Below are positions 23,215-36,800 of a DNA stretch of 64,000 bases, piece after piece. Made by a program: the position numbers and the translations under genes. Below the pieces are notes generated by a model that saw nothing but the letters and a program-made list of their open reading frames with translations, had not been told where the DNA came from and ran no database searches. Source of the stretch: Azolla caroliniana (lineage: Eukaryota; Plantae; Polypodiophyta). The DNA lies in contig JBHGNT010000002.1 in NCBI GenBank assembly GCA_043228905.1, positions 20,212,001 to 20,276,000 of the forward strand, given 5' to 3'. Within the stretch, counting starts at the first letter, position 1. Every line of letters begins with the position of its first letter.

Positions 23215-26200
23215 ATTATTTAATAAATGTGTGTGCAAAAGACTTCTATGTCAATGGAGTATGGTCAACCACTAACTACATGGGTAGTGCAAATGTTGAA
23301 TTTTCCAATAGGCAAGATGAACATTCCACTCAAGAAAGAATTTCTACTTGCTCCAATAAAGAAATTTGCCACATTAGTATTCCCTTCAACTTTTGTAGAT
23401 ATGCTTTGGTTCTATGCCTATAATCAAATAAAAGCATTGCGCATATCCCAATTATGACACAATCCCTAATACCTTTGAAATAGGAAAACGATCTCCATCT
23501 TTGATTTTGGGCAAACTTATGTGAATTGTGCAAAAACTTATTGACTTGACTTCAAATAACGTCATGACAAAACTTGCCAAATTTGAGAAACATAACTCCA
23601 AATATGACAAGCAATCAGACATTGTATGAAATGATGAGTATTATCTTCCACTTGAACAATACAAAAGAAGCAATTGCCCGTTGCTAGTTTGTGTTGCTTT
23701 AGAGCTAATCCCAAAGTTAAACCCACAATCAAAACTATCCAAATGACGATCTTTGTTATAAGTGGTAATTTACAATTCCAACTACGTTTTAATATTTGCC
23801 ACCATCCATAATTAGAGTTATGTACTTTCCATTCTTGTTCTACCTTAGATGATAACCATCGAAGAGAGTCAACATAACAATGATATAAGATATTACTCTC
23901 TCTCTCTCTCTCTCTCTTTCAATTCTCGACGCACTAATGTGCCCATTACGGTCAACTCTTGTATGCTTTACAATGTCCATTTACCTATCTATCTAGTCCA
24001 TGTAAAAAATGCTCTAAAGAAACCCCAATTTCTTAAAATTAGACAAAATTGAAATTACTAGAACATGATGTTTACAACTTAAAATTGAAGGAAAAACCAT
24101 GCCAAATTATGGGAACGTGTTACTTCGATTTGAAAGGAGACCATGTTACATTTTGTGATAAATATTGAACCACAAGCATATCCTTAAGACATGAAAATAA
24201 GGTATATATTATATATGATCTTTTATAGACATGAAGAAGAAGGTTATCAAAATTTCATTTGTTTTTGTGTAATGTCTTCCTACACATATCAATAATGAGA
24301 AATGCTATGTAGGCCTACCAAATACATGACAAAAAAATAGGTTCAACATGATCAAACGAAAAACCAACTAAACATGTCTTAATAGAAATACTTGGATTTT
24401 ATTATCTCTAGAATCGATTTGACATGATCAAGTATATATTTTACGACCTCTTGAGGAGAGCCATCGACATGTGCATTTAGGATATGGAATGAAACAATAT
24501 GCATTGTTTTAATGAATGGAAAAAGGCCTCCCTAACTTTATTGTCATGGGATACTTTTTTATTAAGAGGAAAACTTGAATTCGTTTTTATTAAATGATTG
24601 TCTCGGGTCCATGTATTTGGATCCTAGACACTACATAATTGAAGGATAGTCTGAATTAACTACGTGAATTTTAAAAAATCTAGATCCAAGGGAAAGCACT
24701 TTATAGATTCAATTTTTTTAAAGGTCGCAAAAAATGCAACTTAGAAACCAGGTACACCATCATCACTCGTACGCAAAATTTTGGAACTTCGTGAAAACCA
24801 GAATTCGTACAACTTTTTATGGTAAAAAAGAAAATATAACTGCTCATTAAAAAGGAAAGAGAAAACTAATATTTATCCTTCACATTTGATACTACAAGAG
24901 GGGTAATTGATATATATCTCCAAATTTTTTGGATATTTATCCGAAGAATAAGTACCCTGATGTTTTCCAAGGTTAACTCGACAATACCAAGCCCCTCCCT
25001 CCCCTCCAATGCCGTAGAAATTTATGTACTCAAGCTGTGTATTTATTCTCATATGTTTTCAAAAACTTACGGCCACTATAGGTATGTCAATGTGCACTGA
25101 CACTCTCGAGATGAAGAGGGATACTTTCGTATTGCTAGTTCTTAATTTGAGGGCTATTTTGCAAGATAACGCATGACTACTATATGTATGTCAAAGTGCA
25201 CTGACACTCTCGAGATGAAGAGGGATAGTTTAGTTCTAGACAAGAGGTGTATTGGATGGAATAGCTTTTCATACCGGTCCTAATAGGATGGGTATTTCTT
25301 GCGGAATAGTTATCGTATGCCGGTTCTCAACCAAGAGAGGCATTTTTCGCGGAGTAGTTGTCATGTGTTATACATAGTTCTCAACAAGCAAGAGGTGTAT
25401 ATATTTTAGAACGCTTTCAATAAAAGTTCTCAATAGAAGAGGTTCGAAAATACTTTTTGAGTGTGAAGCCAAATCAAGGACAAAGGGGGGGAGGGGCAAG
25501 GGGATGTTTTTGCAGATTAGTTTAATACCCTGTAGTTGTTAACAAAGCGGCAATATTCTGGTGCTGAACGATTGGGGTTTGGAAAGGGGGGGGGGGATAA
25601 TTCTAGCATTTGTGTGGGCGCTTGCGTGATTTACCGGGGACCGAAAGGAAGAAGTACAAAAGAAAAGCTGGTGGGCAATAGCAGAACCCCACCTGCGAGG
25701 GGCCCCCGACGGGACGGGACGGGACGGATCAGATAGGATCTGGCAGACAAGAGTCCCGAGAGCATGACGACACTATTGTTCGGGTATTCTGCCCAATAGG
25801 TATTATTGGCTAGTTTCAGTGGGTTCTTTTCTTTTGGGGTTGGGGGGGGGGGGGGGGGGGGAGAAACAGGGGAGAGGGGTATTTCTGGAATTTGTTTTTA
25901 GCTTTCATGAAGCCAGCCATTGAAGCTTGGAAGAGTTTGACTAAAAGAATATGAAAGCAACCAATGGAGGAGGGAGGGAACAGATAATGGTCTCCTCCTC
26001 CTCCTCCTCCTCCTCTGGTTTCAAAGAAGGATCTCTGCACACCCATCACAACAGGTAAGATCCGTTCCCATCCCATGGCTTCTAGATTTCCATTCCGATT
26101 TTACCTTCTATTGTCACCATTGTTTTTACAATTTTGTCTCTGATTAAGTCTTGCCTCCTTCTCCTTCTGTTTTCCACTACACCTTTCCTTGACTTGTTTT

Positions 26201-28591
26201 GTATTTGAATTAATACTTGCTTATCTATTAAACACTTTATTTTCTGTAAAGTATCTGCTTCTTTGATTGTAGCTGGACCTTTGCTGATGCAAAAAAATGC
26301 CACTTTAAATCTGTTGTCCCCATGGTGGCATTCTTTTTAACGCCTCATTAGTACATAATACTCACAGATCTTACCTATATTTAATTTGCTAGTTTTCATT
26401 AATTTTGTTTTTTATTTACTAAAAGAATGATCCTTTCATTAGACAGATCTTTTACTTGTTATGAACATTTTTCAGCGTTTTTTTCTCTGTTTACCCCGGT
26501 TCATAATTCTGAGTTTTCAGGGTTTATTTGTTGTCACACTTTGAATCAAAATCAGAGAGTTTCTTGGGCTATTCATTTCAGAACCATTGAGTGAATGTGT
26601 CAGCATCTGAAGCGATGATCTATTATTATGCTGAAGAACAAGTAAATTTTGCGCCTATAAGATTGAAATATTCTGGTTTAATCCGAGTCGGAAGATTTTG
26701 GGTTCATCCTAATTGAGATTTTTGGGTTGATCTTTTCCTTCTTCTCCTTTTGAGTTAGATCTTCATTTGAATTTCTCTCTAATATATAAGCATACAAAAA
26801 ATACCCAATTTCATAGATCTCAAAATTTGCGGCGATTCTTATAAGATTGATGTGTTGAGTCCATTTTTCCCCACTTCTTGACTCATATATAGTTGATTAA
26901 TTCTAGTCTATTCGTCACCACATATGCTCATTTTTAGAGTAATATGTTATGGGGCAATTTGAAATGTAATATTGTGTTCAAACATTCCAGTTATGCACAA
27001 TGGACGAAACAAGATAGTGCTGAAATGCCCACAAGGAACACAAGTGAACATTTCATCTGCTTGCAATCAATCTTTTAAGACCAAATAAAACCTTGTAAAA
27101 AATATGCTGGTTTAATAAATTGTGTTGTGAATAGTATATATATATATATTCCCAATGATATGTTATGGAGTTTTACCTGCAAAAAGTACAATATGGTGTG
27201 AAAACGACTATGCGAATAATAAGCATCTGGTGCTAAAAGAGTTACAGGAAACTCGAATTGCCCTTACAAATTGATACCTTTTGAATCACAAACTCTCCCT
27301 TTTGACTGAACATGTAACCTCCTGTGTCCTTTTTTTGAAACACAACCACCCTGCGTGATGCTTCTTTACAGAAATTACATGTATTCTTAAGAGTTTATCT
27401 CTGGCACTCACTATTCAATGGAGCATTTGATCAAACATTTATCCAACATGAAAGCATATGCAAAGTGATATGAACGAAAGGACAAACAAATAAACGGTTC
27501 TTGTTTCATTGATAAAATGGATCTTGTCATCATTGTTCTTCATTTGCTTCTCATGACATTGTTGTGCACCCTTGTTAATAGTTTTTTGTGGAACGTTATC
27601 TGATCCATCCATAGAAAATATCACCAGTCATGCTTGTTTTATTATTCCCAGTGTTGCAGGAAAACTGTTTTAGCTATGCAAATATAATAACATGAAAAGT
27701 TTGATGATTGAAATGATATAGAAGAGCCATCAAGAGACCATAAATAGTGTATAAATAAGTAAAAGAGCCCTCAGAAACCCGGTGATTTTAAAGCTTTTGA
27801 TGGCTGTATAAGCATTGAGTCAACATGCTGATTGTATCTTCTTGAAACAACCTTATCGTGATATATAATAATACTTTGTTTTTTATATAGAAAGAAGTTG
27901 ATGTCATTCTGGTTTGTGTGCATGTCTATTTTTTTTGTTTCAAATATTTTATTTGTGAAATAAAAATTTACAAAAATTGAATGTAACTTAGAATCTTGCT
28001 CATTAGATTTTTTTAAGCCTCTTTCTCAATGTTTTCTGTGAGCTTTTAGAGTTACATATGTTTATGCACCAAACTAATACATATATGTTATTACTTGGGA
28101 GTGGTATGATTCATCTTCTCTTATTTGAGAACACATCAAGAATCTGGACGAATATGTGATTCAAGAATCTTGATGTGTATTGCCACTATATATATTCCGA
28201 ATGAATATGTAGTTCTTTTAGATGTGTATTGAATGTCTCCATTAGAAAAACAGAATACCATAGACAAGGTTTCCAAATGGTCTGCAGTGGCAATACATTG
28301 GGACCTTAAGAAAAGAAAAAGAAAAAAGAAAAAAAGAACAGAAGAAGAAAAAAGAATCCTACCAAATATGTTTTTCATTTGGTTTTTTGATAAATAAATG
28401 CTTAGTTATTTCCAACATTGAGATCATTAGTTATCCTTCCAAATATGCTGTCTCATGTGCCAAAAAAAAATTCTTTTCTAAGAAAGGCTGATTTATAATT
28501 GCATTTTTCCATAAAATGAAGAAAGCTTGGAGGTTTGCCATCTTATATTATCTGTGGGGACATGATTTCTGCTTTCCAGGAATATTATTAG

Positions 28592-29668
28592 ATGGCGAAA
28601 CGGTTCTTCTCTGAAAAGAAACTTCAGAACCCAACCTTGCAGACTATTGTATATTTCCTTTCTAATCAAGTCTATGCTTGGCATAAGATATTGCTAGTCT
28701 TGACAATTCTCATATTGGCACCGGTATTCATTTTCGCTTCACGCCAGCCTGTGCCTTCACTAAAGGCATTGAGATTTGATAGACTTCCACTTGTGACACT
28801 GTCAGGTAATTTGGAGTACATAGAGGAAACACAAGTTGTATGGCAAATCCCAATCTCTCCAAAAGCAATTCTTTTCATCGCGCATGGATGCCATGGAAGA
28901 GCATCATTCTTTTGGGATAAAAGCCCTACTTGTGCAGAATGCTCGGGCCTTCCTGAAGAGCGAACCGTCACTCTGAACGCTCTCGCAAAAGGATATGTGG
29001 TCATCGCGATTTCAAGCACACGAGAGTGTTGGAGCTTATCCAACGATAGAACCAAAGTCCTGAGTATTCTGTCGGGTTGGGTAAGGGATAAAGGTCTAGA
29101 AGCGCTTCCGGTGGTAGCCTTAGGGGCATCATCGGGAGGTTCTTTTGTATCAGCTTTAGCCCAAGAATACAAATTCAAGGCAATAGTGGTCATGATTTCT
29201 GAGGGTTCGTTTCATAAGATGGAAATTGAGGAAAACTATCCTTCAACTTTGTTTGTGCATATGGTTAAGGATGTACGGAGAGCCACTTTAATAAAAAATG
29301 CAATGGACATGCTTCGAAGCAAAGGAATTGAAACTCATGAAGTGAAGTGCTACGAATCAATTGTGACGCCAGATTATTTCACTAAGATTCCTGGACTTGA
29401 TTCAGAGACTTCCCATCAGATCCAAAAAATCTTCAAAGAAAATGGTGTGTTGGATGGGGATAATTTGATGACGATGGATGGCCGTGCAATGAATTGGATG
29501 ACACCACTGAAAAAGAAACAAGTACTACCAGATGCCTCTTACAAACTTTGGGATTTGCACATGCAAGAGCTTCTCAACCTTGCCTATGGTTACCACGAAA
29601 TGACTAGTCTTCAATCAACGGAAATATATGAATGGCTTGATGTGCAGGTTTTAAAGGGACATGGTTGA
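28592..29668 (+). CDS. Alpha/beta-hydrolase fold protein with N-terminal transmembrane anchor; single coding exon; probable 5'UTR intron 26055-28579
   Basis: 358-aa ORF; hydrophobic ILLVLTILILAPVFIFA; LFIAHGC; nucleophile motif LGASSGG; C-terminal YGYHEM; donor acag|gtaag at 26055, acceptor ttccag at 28579. Confidence 0.85.
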   Translation: MAKRFFSEKKLQNPTLQTIVYFLSNQVYAWHKILLVLTILILAPVFIFASRQPVPSLKALRFDRLPLVTLSGNLEYIEETQVVWQIPISPKAILFIAHGCHGRASFFWDKSPTCAECSGLPEERTVTLNALAKGYVVIAISSTRECWSLSNDRTKVLSILSGWVRDKGLEALPVVALGASSGGSFVSALAQEYKFKAIVVMISEGSFHKMEIEENYPSTLFVHMVKDVRRATLIKNAMDMLRSKGIETHEVKCYESIVTPDYFTKIPGLDSETSHQIQKIFKENGVLDGDNLMTMDGRAMNWMTPLKKKQVLPDASYKLWDLHMQELLNLAYGYHEMTSLQSTEIYEWLDVQVLKGHG

Positions 29669-31252
29669 TATGTTGTATGTATATATTTATGTGTGTGCAT
29701 GATCATTAATTCATTTATTCTTCTTCTTAGATGTATTTTTCTACATCTCGAAAATATGCAAAATGGATGCTCAGGCAGTTTTGAATGTGTTCATTTCTAG
29801 TGAGATATACATGAATGGCTTGATGCTCTGGTTTAAAGGAATGCATGTTTAATTATGTTTGTATCGATATGTGTGCATCAACATCAACAATTCTTTATTC
29901 TTCTTCAATATAACTCTTTCAGGGTTTCTTGTGACCTAAAAAATCAATTTCAAAAGTGGAACCCATGGCAAGGCATGGCAAGGTGCAATCCTCGTGAGAA
30001 CACATGGCGAAATCATAAACTCTCACTATGTCTTCTCATCTGACATTTGGGTGGTCGAGTATAAATTTGTATTTGATCTGTACTAGACATGCTTCTCATT
30101 GTATAGATGCATATGAGTGATTAAGTGTGCTATGGCTATATAGCATGAAGAATCGAAAGGGAAGTGTTCACAAACATATATAACTCTAATTAAAGCAAAA
30201 CAGAGTTTTCAAATGATAATGACTTTTCCAGTCTTAACTTGGAAGTACCCAGTCAGAAGTAGAACAAATGGCAAGGTGCAATCCCATTGGAAACACTTGG
30301 CTGTGGCCTACAACATAACCTCTTACCATATCTTCACATCTGACAGCAATCATGAAGGCCAAAATGATGTTTGATATATTTTTTTGAATACGTTTTCTCA
30401 TTTTATAGTTGAATATGAGTGTATGCAATCCCATTGGACACGCATGTAGCTAAAACGTTAACCTCTTACCATGTCTTCCTTCACATCTGACATTCATGCC
30501 TTAGGCCAAAATTATATCCAATCCTCCTTGGATACGTTTTCTTATTTTATACATGAATGAGTGAATGTGCAATCCCATTGGAAATGCATGGCTAAAATAA
30601 GGCAACCAATTCCTTGCTTAGACCTAAGATAAGATAACCAATCACTTATTTCTCCAAAGTATAGAATAGACTTCCAAGTAACCTGGGAGAAATAAAAATT
30701 GTTTCTATCAATATCAAAATATAAATTCTAATTAATTTTGGGACCTGAGCCCAACTTTCACTTCTCTTGTGTTAGACTAGAGCATTCATATGCATAAATA
30801 TCAAATAAAATGGAGAATAATAAGTCAGATAAAAGGTCAATATGCTTTGTCATGACAGTAGTAATCAAATTCAGTTCCATAAACTTGAGCACAAGGTTTT
30901 TATTGTTTTCCCAATAAACTAATAACCCAGAACAATAACAGAGATAAAAAAACAAGTGTCACTTTCAATTTCTCGCTTTTTATTGATTAAATGAAAGGTT
31001 ATCTAGGAGATAAAAGTTCCTCAAGAAAAACATGGGTCTATTGAGCAAAAACAAGGAAGAGATATAAGCGAGAAACCAGACTTCTATGCATAACTCGCCC
31101 CATTCCAGCTTTTCACTCAAAACATATCACGTGTGTGATTTGTGAGGGCAAGTAGAAACAAACCGTGTATTTATATAGTTCCTTCAAAGGAATGAAAGCT
31201 CCACATATAATTTGTATGCATTCAAGATATTAGATATTATGTATACTCTGTC

Positions 31253-34200
31253 TCAATGAATTGAGCTGATTGATTTTCTCTGAGGTGAGTATCGTGTTTC
31301 CAACTGGAACCATGACTCCAACTTCATCATTTTGTTGAACTCCTCAAAAGTGGACAAATGCTTCAAATCATCTCTTGTGGTACCCTTCTCTTTCAAGGTC
31401 TTCAAGATATCGGTAAGTGCCCTAGCTGTAGCATAGAGTGTTGTGAGAGGATGCACAATAAGATGAAAACCCATCTCTTTAAGCTCCTCGGGTGTATGCA
31501 GTGGTGTGATTCCTCCTTCAAGCATATTGCAAACCCTATATCCTTTTGTTCTCTTTCCAATCTCCCTCAGTTCATCATCATCACGCGGAGCTTCTACAAA
31601 GCTAGCATCAGCACCAGCCTATGGAAATAGCATCAGTTTTTAGTGTCAAAATGCCTTTAATCACACTAGTTTCTAGTTTCTCGTTACAATTGAAACGTTT
31701 TTTATGTATTGTTCGCCTAGAGAAAATATACCAGTTTTTATTTTTAAGATTGAAACTATTGATGCTCTCACCTACCTCGTAAAGCTATGGAAATCACAGG
31801 ACTTTTTAGTTTAAGATTGAAATTTTCAAAATTTAAGAGCTTATCTTTATTGTAAGACATGTCATACTTCCATATACAGATTGGCCCTTGCTATGGCTTC
31901 CTCTAAACCATTCTTGGCTGAAGTTGCACGTGCTTCGGTTCTTGCAACCAAGAAGAAATCCTTATCTCCAATTGCATCCCGAGCTGCTGCTATCTTCTGT
32001 GCATGCTCCTCTGCTGGAATGACCTGTTTCATTAAATACTATAAATTTACTTGAATAGAGAATATAATTCATTTTATTGGATAATATACATATGATTCAA
32101 AATGGTTTAATTATATCAGACTAAAATTCAAACCTGCTTTCCACGCATATGGCCTTCCATAATGCCATACACAAGAAACAAATACAGGGAGTTAGTTCAG
32201 CTACACACCAGAAAGCCAGTTTCTTCAAGCAAAATTAACCAGTGAATGACAAAATACGCATACCACATTTCTTGGGCCAGACTTGATCCTGTCAAAAGGA
32301 TGCAAAATCAATTAGAGCATTCATATATATATATATATATATGGGAACTTTTATTTCCTAATCACAATACCCAAATAGACATTTGTAGAATGTGCACCTC
32401 TAGAAAGCAGCCAGCTGCACCAGCTGCAATCAGATCTTTGACAGTCCTCTGTACATTCAGTGCATTACCTCCTCCAGTGTCTGAAACAGAGAGAAAACAT
32501 TTCAGAGGGAAGATTTCCCCTTATGTTAATCTTTTTATCGGGAATGTCAAGTCACACATGACTAAACTACTAAAGCCATTTTTTATGTCCTCTCCTGTTG
32601 TCACTTCATTTATGCCTCAGTTTAATGCCATTTTTTATGTCTCCTGTTGTAATTTGATTTATGCCTCACTAGTTTTATTGAGAATATTCACATTGATAGT
32701 GTAGCAATTCATTCTACAAAAAATGATTGCTTTAGAGACCCAAACAGTGCACCTATACAAATGAAACTATCCAAACATGGTAAAAACGAATCCACCTATC
32801 TTTGATCTTTTCAAACACCCAATCTAGCAACTACATAGATTTGGATATATGTTACAGCCTTCAGACACCTTCCACACATTCTTGTAATTTATGTACAGGT
32901 CTAAACCCAGATTCACACGAGCATCTTGTATGGAAAAACACAAAAAGACAAGCTATACATACCTTCATCATAAGAACAGGCGAAGCACTTTAACCAACAA
33001 ATATGGGAAATATTGCAAGGAGATAAAACCGATAGGCAATGAGGACAAAAATGTTGAGGTAATGAGGAACTAAGTTCTTATAATTTTATGCCTTCTGTAT
33101 TTCCGCTTTCTTCACTTATTTTATATTTTCATGTGAACACAAACATATCTCCAATGCTCATTTTTCACGTCTTCCCAATGAAAACATGCATAAACCATAT
33201 ATATCATGATCCTCTGAGTTGGAATGATGTGTGATAAAGGCAAAGTCAGAGAATAAAAAGAGAGAGAAGCAAGAAGGAATAAATGAGGCATGGTGTTTCT
33301 ATGGCTTGCCCTCCCAACCTTAGGATATGCCTTCATATATTAGCCACCATGCACAGTGGCTAGTGTGCATGTCCACCCCTTGCCCACATAACTTTAGTGC
33401 TTTGTTTCCGCATCTCAGAATGGTCCCACTACACTTGGGGTGCTACTCAGACAGTTGCTCCATGAGAATAAAAAGAAGAAGAAAATTTTTAGTATGCAAT
33501 TGTGTTTTTAGTCATTCAGGTGTTGGAACCATTAAGATCTTAAAATGTTGAAGAACCATGCCTCCAGTGTTCATTATTTTTCTTGAAGACAGTTTTTCAA
33601 CCTGTTGGTCATAGCAATGCTCCATGACAACAAGAGCGTATCATCTTGGTTTCCTTCATATTTATATTTTCAATTTCCTATTGAATTTCATACATTAGAC
33701 ACTTTATGGGTTTTTCTACTCATTTAAAAGCCTAGATATAGAATTCAAAGAAAAAGCAATAGCAATAACCTTAACCTCACATGATGCATGATCATACAAT
33801 ACACCTGTACAGGATATTCTTTCATCATACACAGGCACCAGATGGTGCTGGAATGCATGGGTCATATAAAACGAGAGATTCTGGCTTGCCTGCATCTGCA
33901 ATGATAGGTATTGTGGAAGCAGCCGCACAAATGAATCGAGCATTCATGGCCATTTCAGGAGGTCTGTGTAGCATAATAATGAAACCAAACAATGGCAATA
34001 TCAATATCCCATTTTTTTTCAGCTGTCTGCATGAAAGTGTATTCACAATAATCACAAAAAATGTGTCCATCTTTTACACAAATTTGCATTTTGAGTGATG
34101 GATTGCCATTAGACACCCAGTTACAACTTTTGAGCATTTAAGGGAAAAAGTTGGGAAAAAAAGGATAGAATGCACGCATGTTTTAACACAGAAGCACAGA

Positions 34201-35207
34201 AAATCACTTGTACATGCCAATAATTATTGTAAACAATACAGAAGAAGAGAAAAGGGAAGATGCATACTTAAGTAGCATGGAAAATCAAGAATTGTGCAGC
34301 GATATGAAAAAGGGACACCTACCCTTTCATGAATCCATTATATTAAGGATTCATGGAAAGATAATTCAAGATAAATAAGTAGGGTCAAAGCTCAATTCAA
34401 GACTTGTGCATAATACATGGAACCTGCATATGCTGACAAAGTGCCCATGTCCAGCATGAAAATGGTTTCAAGAAGACTCTGATAAACACAATTTACATGT
34501 TGCAAGGTATTGAAAATTAATCTGAATCAAAATGGATATCGGGCATTAGATGACGGATAGGTGCACAGACTAAAGAAGGGGAGGAAGCAGGATCAATGAA
34601 CAGAAGAAAGAAAGAATGAAGGATCAGTGAATAGAAAGAAGGAAACAGAAAGGACTAAGAGATAGAAAGGATGAAGTATCAATGAATACAAAGAAGGAAG
34701 GATCAGTGAATCGAAAGAAAGAAATCAAGAATGAAGGACAGAGAGTGTATGAGATTGTTGCTACATACGTCAAGAATCCGAAGTCTGGTTTTCCCAGGAG
34801 AGAGGCAGAGAGAGCATAACCAGAGATGAAGCCCGCATGGAAACCTTGATTCTCGACGATGGCGGCAGAAAGAGCATCATAACAACCAGGCATCAGAACA
34901 ACACCAATTGTCTTCGATCAGGCGATGGAACCTGGTCTTCGTCGTCTTCGTCGCAGTGTGATGCTCTCCAGCACGCCCATTTCCTTCAAATGGTGTATGA
35001 TCCCCATCCCTGCTTCCGCCAGTGGAGCTCAGAGCTCTGACAGCAGGGGGGAAGCTTCGAGCCGGAGCCGGAGCCTTCGCCACTGCATTCTTCGCCTGGT
35101 GGAGGAGGCAGCAGGAACATGAGGGGGAATGTGCATGCATCCACAGAGAAGGAGAAGGAGAAGGAGAAGGAGAAGGGGGTGTGGTAGTGGGAGAGGAGGG
35201 AGGCCAT
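31253..35207 (-). CDS. Isocitrate lyase/PEP mutase superfamily lyase (2,3-dimethylmalate lyase / petal-death-protein-like), probably plastid-targeted. Exons 35207-34769, 33963-33890, 32480-32398, 32288-32264, 32153-32134, 32023-31868, 31618-31253. Two apparent 1-bp insertions in exon 1.
   Basis: MPGCYDALSA, ISGYALSASLLGKPDFG, IPIIADADTGGGNALNV, FLEDQVWPKKCGHMRGK, LVARTEAR, EAGADASFVEAP, NMLEGGITP; splice phases are consistent. Confidence 0.9.
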
Positions 35208-35442
35208 GGTGGGTGGGTGGGTGGCTAGGGTTTGTCCCTGATGCCATGGAATTTGGGGTGTCTAGGGTTTAACAAGCTTCTTCTTCTTCTGCTCTGCTCT
35301 GTTCTACAGCCTGCTCTGTTCTGCTTCTGCTTCTGCTTCTGCTTCTGCTTCTGCTTCTTGCTTCTGTGTGTGTTTTCTGTGTGTTTGGGGTTTCCTTTTT
35401 AGCCTGAGTTTTTGGTTATGGTGTTTGTTTTGATGGGGTGAA

Positions 35443-35523
35443 GGGGGGGAGAGGGTTAATGGTTTGGTTTGTGCCTTTATCGGTTTAATGGTTTCCCGTT
35501 TAGTGAACAGTTCGGTTTTCGTT

Positions 35524-35554
<31 letters not shown>

Positions 35555-35970
35555 GTAGGGGGAGAGGGTTAATGGTTTGGTTTGAGGCTTTGTCGATTTA
35601 ATGGTTTCCGGTTTAGTGAACAATTCGGTTTTGGTTTTTTTTTGGGGGGGGGGAGAGGGTTAATGGTTTGGTTCGAGCCTTTATTGGTTTGGTTTCCGGT
35701 TTAGTGAACAGTTCAGTTTTGGTTTTTGGGGGGAAGGGGAGAGGGTTAATGGTTTGGTTCGAGCCTTTATCGGCTTAATGGTTTTCGGTTTAGTGAACAG
35801 TTCGGTTTTGGTTTTAGGCGGGGGAGGGAGAGGGTTGATGGTTTGGTTCGAGCCTTTATCGGCTTAATGGTTTCCGGTTTAGTGAACACTTTGGTTTTGG
35901 TTTTAGGCGGGGGAGGGAGAGGGTTAATGGTTTGGTTCGAGCCTTTATCGGCTTAATGGTTTCCAGTTTA
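35443..35970. repeat. Tandem repeat, about 6 units of 85-110 bp with G-tracts, upstream of the lyase gene
   Basis: Unit ggggagagggttaatggtttggttcgagcctttatcggcttaatggtttccggtttagtgaacagttcggttttggtttt. Confidence 0.9.
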
Positions 35971-35974
35971 GGAT

Positions 35975-36800
35975 TGACACTGCATATCAAAGTGTGATAC
36001 TTAAAACTCCCAAACTTGTCTAGAGCAAAATGTGAACATTTGAAACTACTCTCAGCACTTATGTCCCAACGCTCCTCGCACATCTTAGTGATTGTGAGTT
36101 AAGCTATATGGAAGCAATTGTTTGGATGGCAAACAACGAGATGAGCTCTAACATGTCGTGGTTTCCTTGTTCGACGAAGAATATGGTTTTGTTGTTAGGT
36201 GCAACATATGTGGTATAATTTATGAAGTGTGAGAGAATCCACATTCTTCCCATGTCACTATACATTACCATTGCAAAAAGCCTCATTCACAAACGAATCT
36301 ATTAATGTGTCATGAAGTGAGTCCATTTTTTCATGTTTAGCATCCAATTGGAACACAAAACTTTGATTTTACATGTTTTTTCAATCTTTTTTGCTTTCCT
36401 CCCATGCAAATCCAGGAAGTCAATGTGAGGGACTTATTTAAACTTTAAGCATGTATTCAATAAGCCCCCCATTCCATGGCCATGATCACAATAATAAGTG
36501 ATCTTTGTCTCTGCGTTTGTTTGTTTAACTTGGAGAAACTCTGAAAGAAAATGTTTTTCAATACTCTTTCCTAGTGTACCTAGGGATGCTCTCACCCCAT
36601 ACATAAGCACCAATATCACCAAGGTGTCGAAAAGGTATTGTTTGAGGGCCTAACATTTAATTTCTCTACACTACATGTGTTCTCGAATGTATAATAAGTT
36701 CTATTTCTGGCCTCTAAGTAGCAAGTAGCACATTCTTCCCATCTATGATTTCGGTGAACTTCAAGGCCAAGGTATTCATAGCTTTCCAGAGTTTCAAGTA
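35975..36800 (-). mobile_element. Degraded RTE/RTEX-like LINE fragment
   Basis: Parallel to about 43085-43935; YEYLGLEV..HRWEECATC..YYTFENTC. Confidence 0.75.

Noticed and set aside
25964-26054. Coding first exon for the alpha/beta-hydrolase
   Set aside because: Spliced to 28580 it is out of frame, and an in-frame TAG precedes ATG 28592; at most a uORF.
35443-35970. Possible CRISPR-like or telomeric array
   Set aside because: Units are contiguous with no unique spacers and no cas genes; no perfect TTTAGGG runs.
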